From: a bacterium
Lineage (GTDB): Bacteria > Krumholzibacteriota > Krumholzibacteriia > LZORAL124-64-63
DNA: 64,000 nucleotides
Assembly (NCBI GenBank): GCA_024223715.1
Contig: JAAEOA010000202.1
Location: forward strand, 6,779 to 70,778
Direction of reading: 5' to 3'
The notes under the pieces are model-generated. The model ran no database searches, was not told the origin of the DNA, and saw only the letters and a program-made list of their open reading frames with translations. A program made the translations under genes and the position numbers. Below, one piece after another: positions 48,212 to 57,543 of this stretch (the stretch's first letter is position 1; the number at the start of each line of letters is the position of its first letter).

Positions 48212-50968
48212 TCAGCTGCCAAGAGCTTTGATGCGATCCGCCAGAGTGGTTGCTTTGTTTTCGTTTTCAGCCAATAGGTCCTTCTGCTGTTGAACCACGT
48301 GGTCAGGAGCATTATCTGTAAATTTTTTGTTGCCCAGTTTGGCTCGGCAACCTTTCATCCATCCTTCAAGCTTACCCAGTTCTTTTTCCAGTCTTGCTTT
48401 TTCTTTTTCCAGATCAACCAGCCCTTTCATGGGCAGGAAAATTTCAACGGTTCCGCAAACTCCAACACCAGCGGGTGAAGGATCTTCGCCGCCACAAATG
48501 ACGTCCACAGTTTCCATTTTTGCCAACAGAGCCACCAGGGAACTTACGTTTTGCATCGGCGCAATTTCGCTTTCCTGGGGAACCCGCAAAATTGCCAAGC
48601 CACGTTTTCCGGGAGGAACGCCAAGTTCGTTTCGAACATTGCGCACAACGTTAACCAGTTCTTTTACTTCCTCAAAGTCCTCAAAGGACTTTTTGAAGGG
48701 TGCTTCATCTTCAAGAACAGGATATGATGAGGTCATCAGATAGCCTTTACTGGCTGGCAACCAACTCCACAATTCTTCAGTAATAAATGGCATTAAAGGA
48801 TGAAGCAATTTATAACTTACACCCAAGACAAGTACCGCAATGCTCAAAGAAACACCCTGATTATCAGAATCACGCATTCGGGGCTTGGTTGCTTCCAAAT
48901 ACCAATCACAAAATTCATGACGGAAAAAATTGAACACACTATAAGCTGAATCATTCAACCTGCGCTTGTCCATATTGTCGTTGGCTTCAGCCACTGTCTG
49001 CAGCAATCGTGACAAAACCCAGCGATCTTCCAGAGTAAGGTCTTCATTGGAAATGCTAACAGCTAAATCTCCGCCAAAGACACCGGCCCACATATCGGCC
49101 ACCAAACGTCCTGGTTCATCGTCGTAGTCATACGCATCGCCCATATCAGAAAAATTGAGTGTACGTGGAGGCACTGCATCGGACCAGGCTTCGGCAGGCA
49201 AGCCGGCTTCATCCCAGGCCGTCAGTACCAATTTTGTGGCCTGGAAGATCTTATTGCAGAAATTTCTTCCCACTTCAAGAGTGCTTTCAGTAAAGAAAAT
49301 GTCCTGACCGGTAGGAGTCAACATGACCAGGCTGCAACGCAAGGCATCGGCCCCGTAGGTGTCGATCAAATCGATGGGATCTGGGCTATTACCCAGAGAT
49401 TTGCTCATTTTCTGCCCTTTTTCATCGCGCACAATGCCGGTGAACAGGACTTCACTGAACGGTTTTTCATCCATAAATTCGTAACTGGCCATAACCATGC
49501 GGGCCACCCAAAAGAAAATGATATCCGCCGCTCTGACTAATAATGAAGTAGGATGATACTTTTTCAGTTCTTCATCGTTTTGTGGCCATCCCAAAGGAGA
49601 GAACGTCCATAGCCAGGAACTGAACCAGGTATCAAGAACATCTTCATCCTGAGTCAAATTGGCACAATTGCATTGACTGCAGGCAGCAGGAGCCTCACCG
49701 GAAGCCATTTCAAATCCACATTCATCGCAGTAATAAACAGGAATGCGATGTCCCCACCAAAGTTGCCGGCTGATGCACCAATCGCGGATGTTACTCATCC
49801 AGTTGTTATAAACCCCCACCCAACGCTCAGGGAAAAGGGTAATTTCACCATCTTTTACTGCCGCACGAGCAGGTTCGGCTAAATCGTCCATACGCAGGAA
49901 CCACTGTTTTGACAGATACGGTTCAATGACATGCCCACAACGGTCGTGGTGCCCCACCTGATGGATGTTTTTTTCAATCTTATCGAGCAATCCCAGTTCA
50001 TCCATGGCTTTCACGGTAGCTTTGCGGCACTCGTAACGATCCATTCCTTCAAACTGACCAGCTTCTGAGTTCATTTCGGCTGTTGGAGTCATGCATATGA
50101 CCTGGGGCAAATCGTTCCGGCGTCCCACTTCAAAATCGTTAGGGTCGTGGGCAGGGGTAATTTTCACAAACCCGGTTCCTTTTTCAGGATCCGCATGATG
50201 ATCCCCAATAATGGGGATGGTTCGTTCGGTCAAAGGCAAACGCACTTCCTTGCCAATAAGGTGCATTCGTTCGGGGTCTTCCGGGTGAACCGCCACTGCC
50301 ACATCCCCAAACATTGTTTCCGGTCGGGTCGTCGCAACGGTCACATGGCCTTCACCCTCAGCGAAGGGATAACGCAAATGCCAGAGGCTGCCTTCTTTTT
50401 CCTTATGCTCCACTTCATCATCACTGATAGCAGTCTGATCGTGGGGACACCAGTTGACCAAATATACATCCCTGTAAATAAGGTCTTTTTTCTTCAGAGC
50501 GATAAACGCATTCTTAACCGCTTCATTTCGCTCATCGTCCATTGTAAAAGCTTCACGTTCCCAATCCAGGGAACAGCCCAAACGGCGTATCTGCTGGGCA
50601 ATCCTGTCGTGAGTATGGTTTTTCCAGTCCCAGGCTTTTTCAAGGAAACCATCCCTGCCAAGATCGTGTTTGTTAATGCCATCGGCAGCCAGCTGTTTGC
50701 TCACAACCTGTTCGGTAGCAATGCTGGCGTGGTCCATTCCGGGTACCCAAAGAGCAGGACGGCCCCTCATGCGTGCCCAGCGAATTAGAACATCCTGGAT
50801 GGAATTGCCCAGGCAATGCCCCATATGAAGAATGCCGGTAACGTTGGGTGGCGGAAGTGTGATCACGAAAGGATCGGCTTCAAGAGTTTCATCGGGAGCG
50901 AACAAGCCGTCCTTTTCCCAGGCCTTATACCATTTATTTTCAATTCCTTCAGGGGAATACTGGGCCAT
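48212..50968 (-). CDS. valS: Valine--tRNA ligase
   Basis: PPPNVTGILHMGH (HIGH), KMSKSLGN (KMSKS), C-terminal coiled coil. The ATG at 50968 (MAQYSPEGIENKWYKAWE) is preferred over the ORF-track start at 51046. Confidence 0.95.
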   Translation of the reverse strand: MAQYSPEGIENKWYKAWEKDGLFAPDETLEADPFVITLPPPNVTGILHMGHCLGNSIQDVLIRWARMRGRPALWVPGMDHASIATEQVVSKQLAADGINKHDLGRDGFLEKAWDWKNHTHDRIAQQIRRLGCSLDWEREAFTMDDERNEAVKNAFIALKKKDLIYRDVYLVNWCPHDQTAISDDEVEHKEKEGSLWHLRYPFAEGEGHVTVATTRPETMFGDVAVAVHPEDPERMHLIGKEVRLPLTERTIPIIGDHHADPEKGTGFVKITPAHDPNDFEVGRRNDLPQVICMTPTAEMNSEAGQFEGMDRYECRKATVKAMDELGLLDKIEKNIHQVGHHDRCGHVIEPYLSKQWFLRMDDLAEPARAAVKDGEITLFPERWVGVYNNWMSNIRDWCISRQLWWGHRIPVYYCDECGFEMASGEAPAACSQCNCANLTQDEDVLDTWFSSWLWTFSPLGWPQNDEELKKYHPTSLLVRAADIIFFWVARMVMASYEFMDEKPFSEVLFTGIVRDEKGQKMSKSLGNSPDPIDLIDTYGADALRCSLVMLTPTGQDIFFTESTLEVGRNFCNKIFQATKLVLTAWDEAGLPAEAWSDAVPPRTLNFSDMGDAYDYDDEPGRLVADMWAGVFGGDLAVSISNEDLTLEDRWVLSRLLQTVAEANDNMDKRRLNDSAYSVFNFFRHEFCDWYLEATKPRMRDSDNQGVSLSIAVLVLGVSYKLLHPLMPFITEELWSWLPASKGYLMTSSYPVLEDEAPFKKSFEDFEEVKELVNVVRNVRNELGVPPGKRGLAILRVPQESEIAPMQNVSSLVALLAKMETVDVICGGEDPSPAGVGVCGTVEIFLPMKGLVDLEKEKARLEKELGKLEGWMKGCRAKLGNKKFTDNAPDHVVQQQKDLLAENENKATTLADRIKALGS

Positions 50969-51336
50969 TTGCCTGATTTCTTCCAAAACGTCACTCCCAT
51001 TTTTTACTGGCACAAAAAATATCTGCCAGGTACTACAGAATATCACTCAAACCTTAAATTCGAGCCAAAATATTATTCGACTTGCAAGTTAACACTTAGA
51101 TTGAAACTGGGCAACGGGTTTGCACAATCCAGATCAAGTAAAATAATCTCAAGACTACAAGACCGATTTTTCAATTTTACAATCAATTGTACAAAACGAC
51201 CAAAAAAAACCATGTTTTTTTACAGATATTACAAAAAAAAAGCTTTTCAAGCCTGTAAAGGTCCTGTACGTTCCAAAAGACAAGCCAACGTTCTCGCCCA
51301 AAACAACTCAAGAAATTGACATGAGGGGATTCCAAA

Positions 51337-51939
51337 ATGAAGAAAATTGCTTTTGCTCTGCTGTTAACCCTATTGGTTGCAGGTAACGCCTTTGCCCAGT
51401 TAGATCCGGATGATGATGGCATTGGCGTCTACTTTGACCCTTGTGCCTGTGTAAACTGCCTCGAGTTACCTGCTGGTGAACACCTTGGTTACCTGGTTAT
51501 CACTCACCCTACCAGTGAAGACGGCGTTCTTGGTTGGGAAGCTACAGTCTGGAATGAAGGCCCTGGCGTTGTGACTGAATGGGAACTGTTGGGGGATGCT
51601 ATCAATGTAGCCACCCGTGAAAACGAATTCATCGTTGGTCTGGGTTCACCAGAAATCAACCCATACACCTACCCTGCCGTAGTTGTTGCTGTGATGCACC
51701 TGTTCATCTTTGATGAAAGTGCTCCTGTTGAGTTCTTCATTGATGGTGTTTATTTCAACTCCATTCCTGGTGGCGAACAACCCAACTACCTTGATGGTGC
51801 TGATTATGAGATCATCAAGCCCCTGCAGCAGATCCAGGGCAGTGCTGATCTTCCTGTTGCCATCATCAATGGTGACTGTGACGGCGTAGTTGCAACTGAA
51901 AACACTACCTTCGATGGCCTGAAAGCCTTGTACCGGTAG
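51337..51939 (+). CDS. Hypothetical secreted protein (200 aa)
   Basis: GAGGGGA SD. Signal peptide MKKIAFALLLTLLVAGNAFAQ. Followed by a strong terminator. I recognise no family. Confidence 0.6.
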   Translation: MKKIAFALLLTLLVAGNAFAQLDPDDDGIGVYFDPCACVNCLELPAGEHLGYLVITHPTSEDGVLGWEATVWNEGPGVVTEWELLGDAINVATRENEFIVGLGSPEINPYTYPAVVVAVMHLFIFDESAPVEFFIDGVYFNSIPGGEQPNYLDGADYEIIKPLQQIQGSADLPVAIINGDCDGVVATENTTFDGLKALYR

Positions 51940-51963
51940 TTTGAATCTATTTGATTAATTGGT

Positions 51964-52005
51964 AAAAGAAGGCTGCAACCATTGTGGATTGCAGCCTTCT
52001 TTTTT
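51964..52005 (+). terminator. Intrinsic terminator
   Basis: Perfect 15-bp stem aaaagaaggctgcaa / ttgcagccttctttt running into a T-tract. Confidence 0.85.
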
Positions 52006-52091
52006 ATATTTATTAATTCATGGTACAGTTTTTCCAATCTCACCCGATTGAATTTGCAAACAACTATTCCTTTGTCCTGAAGGACCCGGTC

Positions 52092-53369
52092 ATGATTGCA
52101 CGAGTTAGTTCGGAAAAAAATTTTGAATCGAGAACTCAATCACTTGCCTCCATCAGCAGCATTTATATTTTATGTTTCATTTGCCTCCTGATGGTGACAT
52201 CCACGTATTGCCTTATGCCCGGCTTGGCTTTTGCCAGGACTTTTTCTGTCCCGGAAGACTCCCCTACTATTAAAGGGGCCATGATCAAGGCTCAACCTGG
52301 CGACATTGTACTGGTTTCCTGTGGTACATATTATGAACACGATATTCGTATGAAATCTGGTGTGGCCCTTTGGTCTGGAACCTTGCAACCGGGTTGCGTT
52401 ACCATAGATGCCCAAGGTAACGGCCGTCACTTCAACTTTGATAAAGCAGATACCAGCACCGCACTTGTTGGCTTCACCCTGACGGGCGGCTCAGCTCAGA
52501 ATAGCCCTTTTCCCGATGGCGGTTCTATTCTCTGTGTTGATTCAGCGCCACGAATCACTAACTGCGTTTTTACCAATAACACCGCCCACCAAGGCGGAGC
52601 CGTTTCCTGGGATTCCCAAAGCCACCCCATTTTTGACAACTGTTTATTCAAAAATAACAAAGCCCAATCCAACGGGGGTGCAGGATCCGGTCAGGGAAAA
52701 GCCACATTCAAAATATGCGCCTTTAAAAGCAATCTTGCCCTTATTGGCGGTGGCCTACATTTGGCACCAGGTTCGGTAATCCAACTTCTCAGCTCAACGT
52801 TTCAGGAAAACTCTGCAGGCAATACTGGTGGTGGCCTGCATGCCAAAAACGCCCAGTGCAATATTCAAAATTCAGTTTTTGCAGCAAATTGGGCTGGCCT
52901 CGGCGGCAGTGCACTCAGTTCTCAGGATTCCCAATTTGCCCTGACTCGCAGCACTCTTTATGGAAATACAAACGATTTTTCTGGAGCTGCCCTGGCTGTG
53001 ACAGGTAAAAAAGTTCAATTCAAAAACAGCATTATTGCCTTTAGCGGCGGTGCCGTCATTCGACCTGACAGTTCCATACCCCAATTCGAAGGTTGCAATA
53101 TTTTTGGAAACAAAGGTGGCGATTGGGTGGCCTCTTTACAGGATCAAGCCGGGACCAACGACAACATTTCTCAAGATCCTCTATTCTGTGCACCTGAATA
53201 TGGGAACTTCAGCCTCAATAAATTATCCACTTGTTTGCCCGGCAATAACCCATCGGGAAACAAAGGACTGGTCGGCGCCTTGGGTGCTGGTTGCGCCTCG
53301 TCGGGCCCGATCAAAGATAACCAAACCCCATCTGGTTCCGGATTTCGAGCAGTTTCTGCCGGCCTCTGA
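52092..53369 (+). CDS. Right-handed parallel beta-helix repeat protein (lacks the FlgD/T9SS-type C-terminal domain)
   Basis: Repeats FTNNTAHQGGAV, FKNNKAQSNGGAG, FKSNLALIGGGL, FQENSAGNTGGGL. GAAGGA SD before the ATG at 52092. Hydrophobic N-terminal region SISSIYILCFICLLMVTSTYCLMPGLAFA. Confidence 0.65.
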   Translation: MIARVSSEKNFESRTQSLASISSIYILCFICLLMVTSTYCLMPGLAFARTFSVPEDSPTIKGAMIKAQPGDIVLVSCGTYYEHDIRMKSGVALWSGTLQPGCVTIDAQGNGRHFNFDKADTSTALVGFTLTGGSAQNSPFPDGGSILCVDSAPRITNCVFTNNTAHQGGAVSWDSQSHPIFDNCLFKNNKAQSNGGAGSGQGKATFKICAFKSNLALIGGGLHLAPGSVIQLLSSTFQENSAGNTGGGLHAKNAQCNIQNSVFAANWAGLGGSALSSQDSQFALTRSTLYGNTNDFSGAALAVTGKKVQFKNSIIAFSGGAVIRPDSSIPQFEGCNIFGNKGGDWVASLQDQAGTNDNISQDPLFCAPEYGNFSLNKLSTCLPGNNPSGNKGLVGALGAGCASSGPIKDNQTPSGSGFRAVSAGL

Positions 53370-53450
53370 TTTGGCTTTGGATCAGCTGCTGTCTGTGGTA
53401 AACTGATTTTCACAATTAGAACCAACTAATAGCAGATTTGGACCGATAAT

Positions 53451-56012
53451 TTGGACCGCCAGTTTATCCAGAATGGTCCAGAGAGGGTTCAAGTGGCCAG
53501 GGATTTGCCCAATCAACTCAATTCTTTCGAGAAAATCACCCGATTAATTGGGTTAGTCCTTTTAGCCCCCATTTTGGCTTTAGCTACTATTCCAGTGGCA
53601 GTTCATATCAGTCAAAAATCAGACTTTGGATTTGCGGTGCATAAACGCACGATTCAGTCTGTGGTCCCCCAAGGCCCGGCAGACATGGCTGGTCTGATGC
53701 CCGGCGATTTTATTGTTCGAATCAATGACCACGTAATACCAAACATGGTCCATTATTACGTTCAGACCGCTGGGAATTACGACCAAACCCCGACCGTTTT
53801 TTTAATTGAACGCAACAACCGCCAACATACTCTGACAGCAGTACCTCGCCCGCCCGGACAATTAGTTATGACCAGCGCCTATAGTCTTTGGGTCTCAGGC
53901 CTTGGTTTTCTTGTTATTGGCTGGTGGGTTTTTTATCGTCGTAAAGATCTTGTGGCTCGTAACTTTTTTGCCTTGTGCTTAATGTTTGCATTCCTGTTGC
54001 TGGACATCCCAGACCTGCCACGTCTAGATTATATGACGGTAAAGGAAAATCTTCGCACCCTGCTCCAACTCCTATTGCCTGCCTATTTCCTCCGCTTTTT
54101 TCTCCAGTTCCCCAGCCCCAAATTGCGCCCTGGCGGGTCACTCAATCGGTGGCGTGTACTGCTTTTCCCAGGCTGGATTATTTTTGTCAGTTCTGTTCTT
54201 TTGGAATCATTTTCCAGCATCATTAATTCAGAACAACTTTCCCAGGCTCTCGATGTTTTAGCCCTCATTTATTCACTTGGGTTCTTCATTGCAGGCCTGT
54301 ATATATTCAGCAGAAGAATCATGCGCCGGGACCGCCCCATTCAAAGAACAAAAATGTTCGTGATCCTGGCTGGATTGCTGGCTGGCCTGGTTCCCTTCCT
54401 GGCTGCCATGATCATTGGCAATCTTAACCCGGGCAGCAGTCTGCCCCAATGGCAATACCTCTCTTTCAGTCTTTTGCTGGTTCCCATTAGTTTCGGCTTG
54501 TCCATAATGCGGTATGGGGCGTTGGACAAACCTTTTGTTCTTAGAATCAGTCTAATTTACGGTGTTCTTACGCTTCTGGTTCTGGGTGTGTATTTTGTTG
54601 TCGTCATGGGCGTTGGGCAACTCCTGGCCCGTCTTTTCAGTGTCTCCACCTATCCGGTTCTTTTGCTGGTCGTTGCCGCCACAAGTCTGACCATTCTTCC
54701 TCTACGCCGAATCATTCAAACCTGGATTGATAATACTTTCTACCCGGGCCGTCGAACCAACCGCCAGGCCATTCGTGATCTTGGGCAAAGTCTTACTTCA
54801 GTCATTGATCCTGAATTGGTTAAACAAAATCTGCTTCAGGGCCTTATGGATCTCTTTCACCCTGAAAAACTGACTCTGTTTTTTTCCAAAGACAACCAAA
54901 CTGATCAGTACACTGCGTTTCAGGAGCACCTGTCGCACATATCAGTTAACGAAGCGGGCCTCAACATAAAAAAAGACAGCAGTCTGGCCCTGCTCTTGAA
55001 CCGTTTGCGTCGTCCAGTTTTTGCTGAAGAGGTTGAAGATATTCTTTTTTCAGGTGAAGCAGATACAGAATCGTTGTCTCTTCTTACTCGTGCGAAAATT
55101 AATTTGCTGGTGCCCCTGATTTCAGCTAATCGCCTTCTGGGGTTCCTCGCTTTTGGACCAAAAAAAGGTGGGTCTCTTTACAGTCAGGAAGACCTTAGTC
55201 ATTTGAACGACTTTTCTCTTCAGGCCGGATCACTACTGGAAAGCCGCCTGCTTTATAAAGACAGCTTGCAGCGCAAACGAACTGAAACCGAATTGGAACT
55301 TGCCCGCAATATCCAACACGGTTTGCTTCCATCTGAACCGTTGGAAGATGAGTGTTTTGTTATTGCCGGTCGTCAGGAATCATGTCGCAAAGTTGGTGGT
55401 GATTATTTTGATTACTTCCTGCGAAAAGATGGCACTCTTGGATTTGCCCTCGCCGATGTTTGTGGCAAAGGAATTCCCGCAGCTCTGCATATGACATCTC
55501 TTCGTGTTGCCTTTCGCCAGGAAGCTGATGCTGAAGATTTGCCACACCTGGTTATTAAACGACTCAACAATACCGTTTTCAAACTTGTGGCACCCGAGCA
55601 GTTCATTTGTTTTTTTTATGGTATCTGGAATCCTGTCAGCGGGGTTTTAAGTTACTGCAATGCGGGTAGCGAACAGCCAATCCTCAGCAATCCTGACCGT
55701 CGTTACAATCAGTATCTGAGCAAAGGCGGGCCTGTTCTCGGTGTCATGGAAGATTTTGATTATCTGCAGGGATCCCTCTTGCTTGAACCCAAAGACCGGC
55801 TATTTCTTTATACCGATGGCCTTACCGATGAACAGAACCCAGAAGATGAATTTTTCGATTTAACCCGCCTGCAGGACCATTTGCACAAAAATCGTGAAGA
55901 TACTCCGACCGAGCTCCTTGGCAAGATATTCTCCGCAATCAATGCTTTTGGGGGCCCTGATCGAACAGACGATAAAACCGCCATCTCCCTGGAAATAAAG
56001 AAATTAAAGTAA
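53451..56012 (+). CDS. PDZ domain - polytopic membrane - GAF-like - PP2C/SpoIIE-family serine phosphatase
   Basis: PDZ motif VVPQGPADMAGLMPGDFIVRIND, about 8-10 TM helices, and the SpoIIE domain LARNIQHGLLP...GGDYFDYF...LADVCGKGIPAALHMT...LFLYTDGLTD. The start is TTG, so the 5' end is uncertain. Confidence 0.75.
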   Translation: MDRQFIQNGPERVQVARDLPNQLNSFEKITRLIGLVLLAPILALATIPVAVHISQKSDFGFAVHKRTIQSVVPQGPADMAGLMPGDFIVRINDHVIPNMVHYYVQTAGNYDQTPTVFLIERNNRQHTLTAVPRPPGQLVMTSAYSLWVSGLGFLVIGWWVFYRRKDLVARNFFALCLMFAFLLLDIPDLPRLDYMTVKENLRTLLQLLLPAYFLRFFLQFPSPKLRPGGSLNRWRVLLFPGWIIFVSSVLLESFSSIINSEQLSQALDVLALIYSLGFFIAGLYIFSRRIMRRDRPIQRTKMFVILAGLLAGLVPFLAAMIIGNLNPGSSLPQWQYLSFSLLLVPISFGLSIMRYGALDKPFVLRISLIYGVLTLLVLGVYFVVVMGVGQLLARLFSVSTYPVLLLVVAATSLTILPLRRIIQTWIDNTFYPGRRTNRQAIRDLGQSLTSVIDPELVKQNLLQGLMDLFHPEKLTLFFSKDNQTDQYTAFQEHLSHISVNEAGLNIKKDSSLALLLNRLRRPVFAEEVEDILFSGEADTESLSLLTRAKINLLVPLISANRLLGFLAFGPKKGGSLYSQEDLSHLNDFSLQAGSLLESRLLYKDSLQRKRTETELELARNIQHGLLPSEPLEDECFVIAGRQESCRKVGGDYFDYFLRKDGTLGFALADVCGKGIPAALHMTSLRVAFRQEADAEDLPHLVIKRLNNTVFKLVAPEQFICFFYGIWNPVSGVLSYCNAGSEQPILSNPDRRYNQYLSKGGPVLGVMEDFDYLQGSLLLEPKDRLFLYTDGLTDEQNPEDEFFDLTRLQDHLHKNREDTPTELLGKIFSAINAFGGPDRTDDKTAISLEIKKLK

Positions 56013-56165
56013 TCCTTACACTTCGGCCCTTTTCTTGCTCAAGTCCATAGAGAAAGGGTCGATCTAATATAATTTTACTTTTCCTGCTTAAGGCCCTTTC
56101 TGGACATGTCGATCAATTTAATGTCCACGACAGTTCACCTTAAGTAAAGGAAAGGGGGGGGCACG

Positions 56166-56234
56166 ATGGGACCAGAAATATATTTTGTCATGGGTCTATC
56201 ACTTATCGACCTCTGGTGGTGGTTGAGAAAATGA
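56166..56234 (+). CDS. Candidate 22-codon small ORF (MGPEIYFVMGLSLIDLWWWLRK)
   Basis: Purine-rich SD aaaggaaagggggggg ends 5 nt before the ATG. Three consecutive TGG codons lie just before the stop. An intrinsic terminator sits 14 nt downstream. Not in the ORF track because it is under 60 aa. Confidence 0.35.
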   Translation: MGPEIYFVMGLSLIDLWWWLRK

Positions 56235-56247
56235 TCATATCTCGTTT

Positions 56248-56291
56248 GACCCCTGCCTAGCAACCCATGTTGCAGTCAGGGGTCTTTTTTT
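56248..56291 (+). terminator. Intrinsic terminator (+ strand) abutting the crcB stop codon
   Basis: gacccctg...gcaac-ccat-gttgc...caggggtc extended stem followed by ttttttt. Confidence 0.75.
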
Positions 56292-56679
56292 ATGCCAAAC
56301 TATGAGCGACAAACCGGGCCGTACCCCATCCCATCCAAACAGCCAGCAATCCCAGTATTAGATTCAAAGCAATATTGATGAAAGCCAAATGAGGCTGTCC
56401 CTGTTGAATAAATTTTAAAGTTTCAAATCCAAAAGTGGAAAAAGTTGTGAAAGCTCCCAGGAAACCCACCGCAACAAATAGTCGAACCGAAGAATTGACC
56501 ACCTGAGTTTGGTTTTCCAGTTCCAGGATTATTCCCAAAGCAAGGCAACCAATAACATTGACTAATAAAGTTCCATAGGCAAAGTGGTTACCCAGCAAGC
56601 GCTGCGCACCAAGAGAAACCCCATAGCGGGATATTGCACCCAGGGCTCCTGCCAAACCAATCAAAATAAAGGGACGCAA
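56290..56679 (-). CDS. crcB: Fluoride ion channel CrcB/Fluc
   Basis: GLAGALGAISRYG and GFLGAFTTFSTFGFE motifs, 4 TM helices. The TTG at 56679 lies 5 nt after GGAGG. The ORF-track TTG at 56709 lies in the loop of the upstream hairpin. Confidence 0.85.
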   Translation of the reverse strand: MRPFILIGLAGALGAISRYGVSLGAQRLLGNHFAYGTLLVNVIGCLALGIILELENQTQVVNSSVRLFVAVGFLGAFTTFSTFGFETLKFIQQGQPHLAFINIALNLILGLLAVWMGWGTARFVAHSLA

Positions 56680-56697
56680 ATAACCCTCCAATAAACA

Positions 56698-56716
56698 GGG
56701 GCGGTTCAACCGCCCC
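56698..56716 (-). terminator. GC-rich hairpin between the tlpA-like gene and crcB (terminator or attenuator-like)
   Basis: Minus strand: ggggcgg-ttgaa-ccgcccc followed by tgtttatt. Confidence 0.5.
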
Positions 56717-56735
56717 GTTAACTTTCAAACTTAAA

Positions 56736-57248
56736 TCAGCTTCCCAGCAATTTTATTACTTCATTTTCATAAACGTCGCGTGAGTGACCACCCACCCATT
56801 TTTTAACGATGACACCGTTTTTATCGATCAGGAAAGTTGTAGGAATGCTGCGTACACCACCAAAGGCATTGATAACATCCTGATCAGAAATAACCATCGG
56901 GAACGTCAGGTGGTTGTTCTGAACGTAAGTGCGCACAGCAGCTTCACCTTTTCTTGCGAAGGCAACACCTACGACAACCAAGTCATCGGGATAGGTTTCG
57001 CTGATGGCGTTCAGGTGAGGCAGGGCAATGCGGCATGGCCCACACCAGGTATCCCAAAAATCGATAATCACGGCTTTACCCTTGAGGCTACTGAGTTGAA
57101 GCGTACCCCCAGCAAGGTTGGCAAGATTAAAATCAGGGGCAAGATTGCCTTCTTCACCACCAACGGGTATGTCAGCAACCGGTTCAGGAGTTTCTTTTTC
57201 TCCGCAACCGGAACAAAAGACTATCAACAAAACGGCTATCAGAGCCAT
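56736..57248 (-). CDS. TlpA/ResA-like thiol:disulfide oxidoreductase lipoprotein (thioredoxin fold)
   Basis: WDTWCGPC active site. The ATG at 57248 gives MALIAVLLIVFCSGC (lipobox). Confidence 0.8.
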   Translation of the reverse strand: MALIAVLLIVFCSGCGEKETPEPVADIPVGGEEGNLAPDFNLANLAGGTLQLSSLKGKAVIIDFWDTWCGPCRIALPHLNAISETYPDDLVVVGVAFARKGEAAVRTYVQNNHLTFPMVISDQDVINAFGGVRSIPTTFLIDKNGVIVKKWVGGHSRDVYENEVIKLLGS

Positions 57249-57543
57249 TGTAGGGAATAATTTTTGAATTTTTGAAAACACTGGATGCCTGCCTTTTGGA
57301 TTAAGCAACTGAAGAGCCCGAGCTCTGGAAGAAAAGGAATTTCTCTTAAAATATGGGGAAATTGCAATTTTTTGCAACCATTACCCTGAATTGTACTTAA
57401 AAGGCTCTCTAACCCTTGTATTAGTTCACAGAATTACTATAGTAACTGGTTGGAAGATTCATTTTGCCTGTTTCGCCCATGTAACTCACCTAAAGAGCCA
57501 GGGGAAACAGCGCCCACACTCGCATTGGCCAAGGAACATAACC

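Noticed and set aside
50969-51336. I looked for a T-box leader upstream of valS.
   Set aside because: I could find no T-box core (AGGGTGGTACCGCG-like), specifier or antiterminator architecture by eye on the minus strand. An Infernal scan would be the decisive check.
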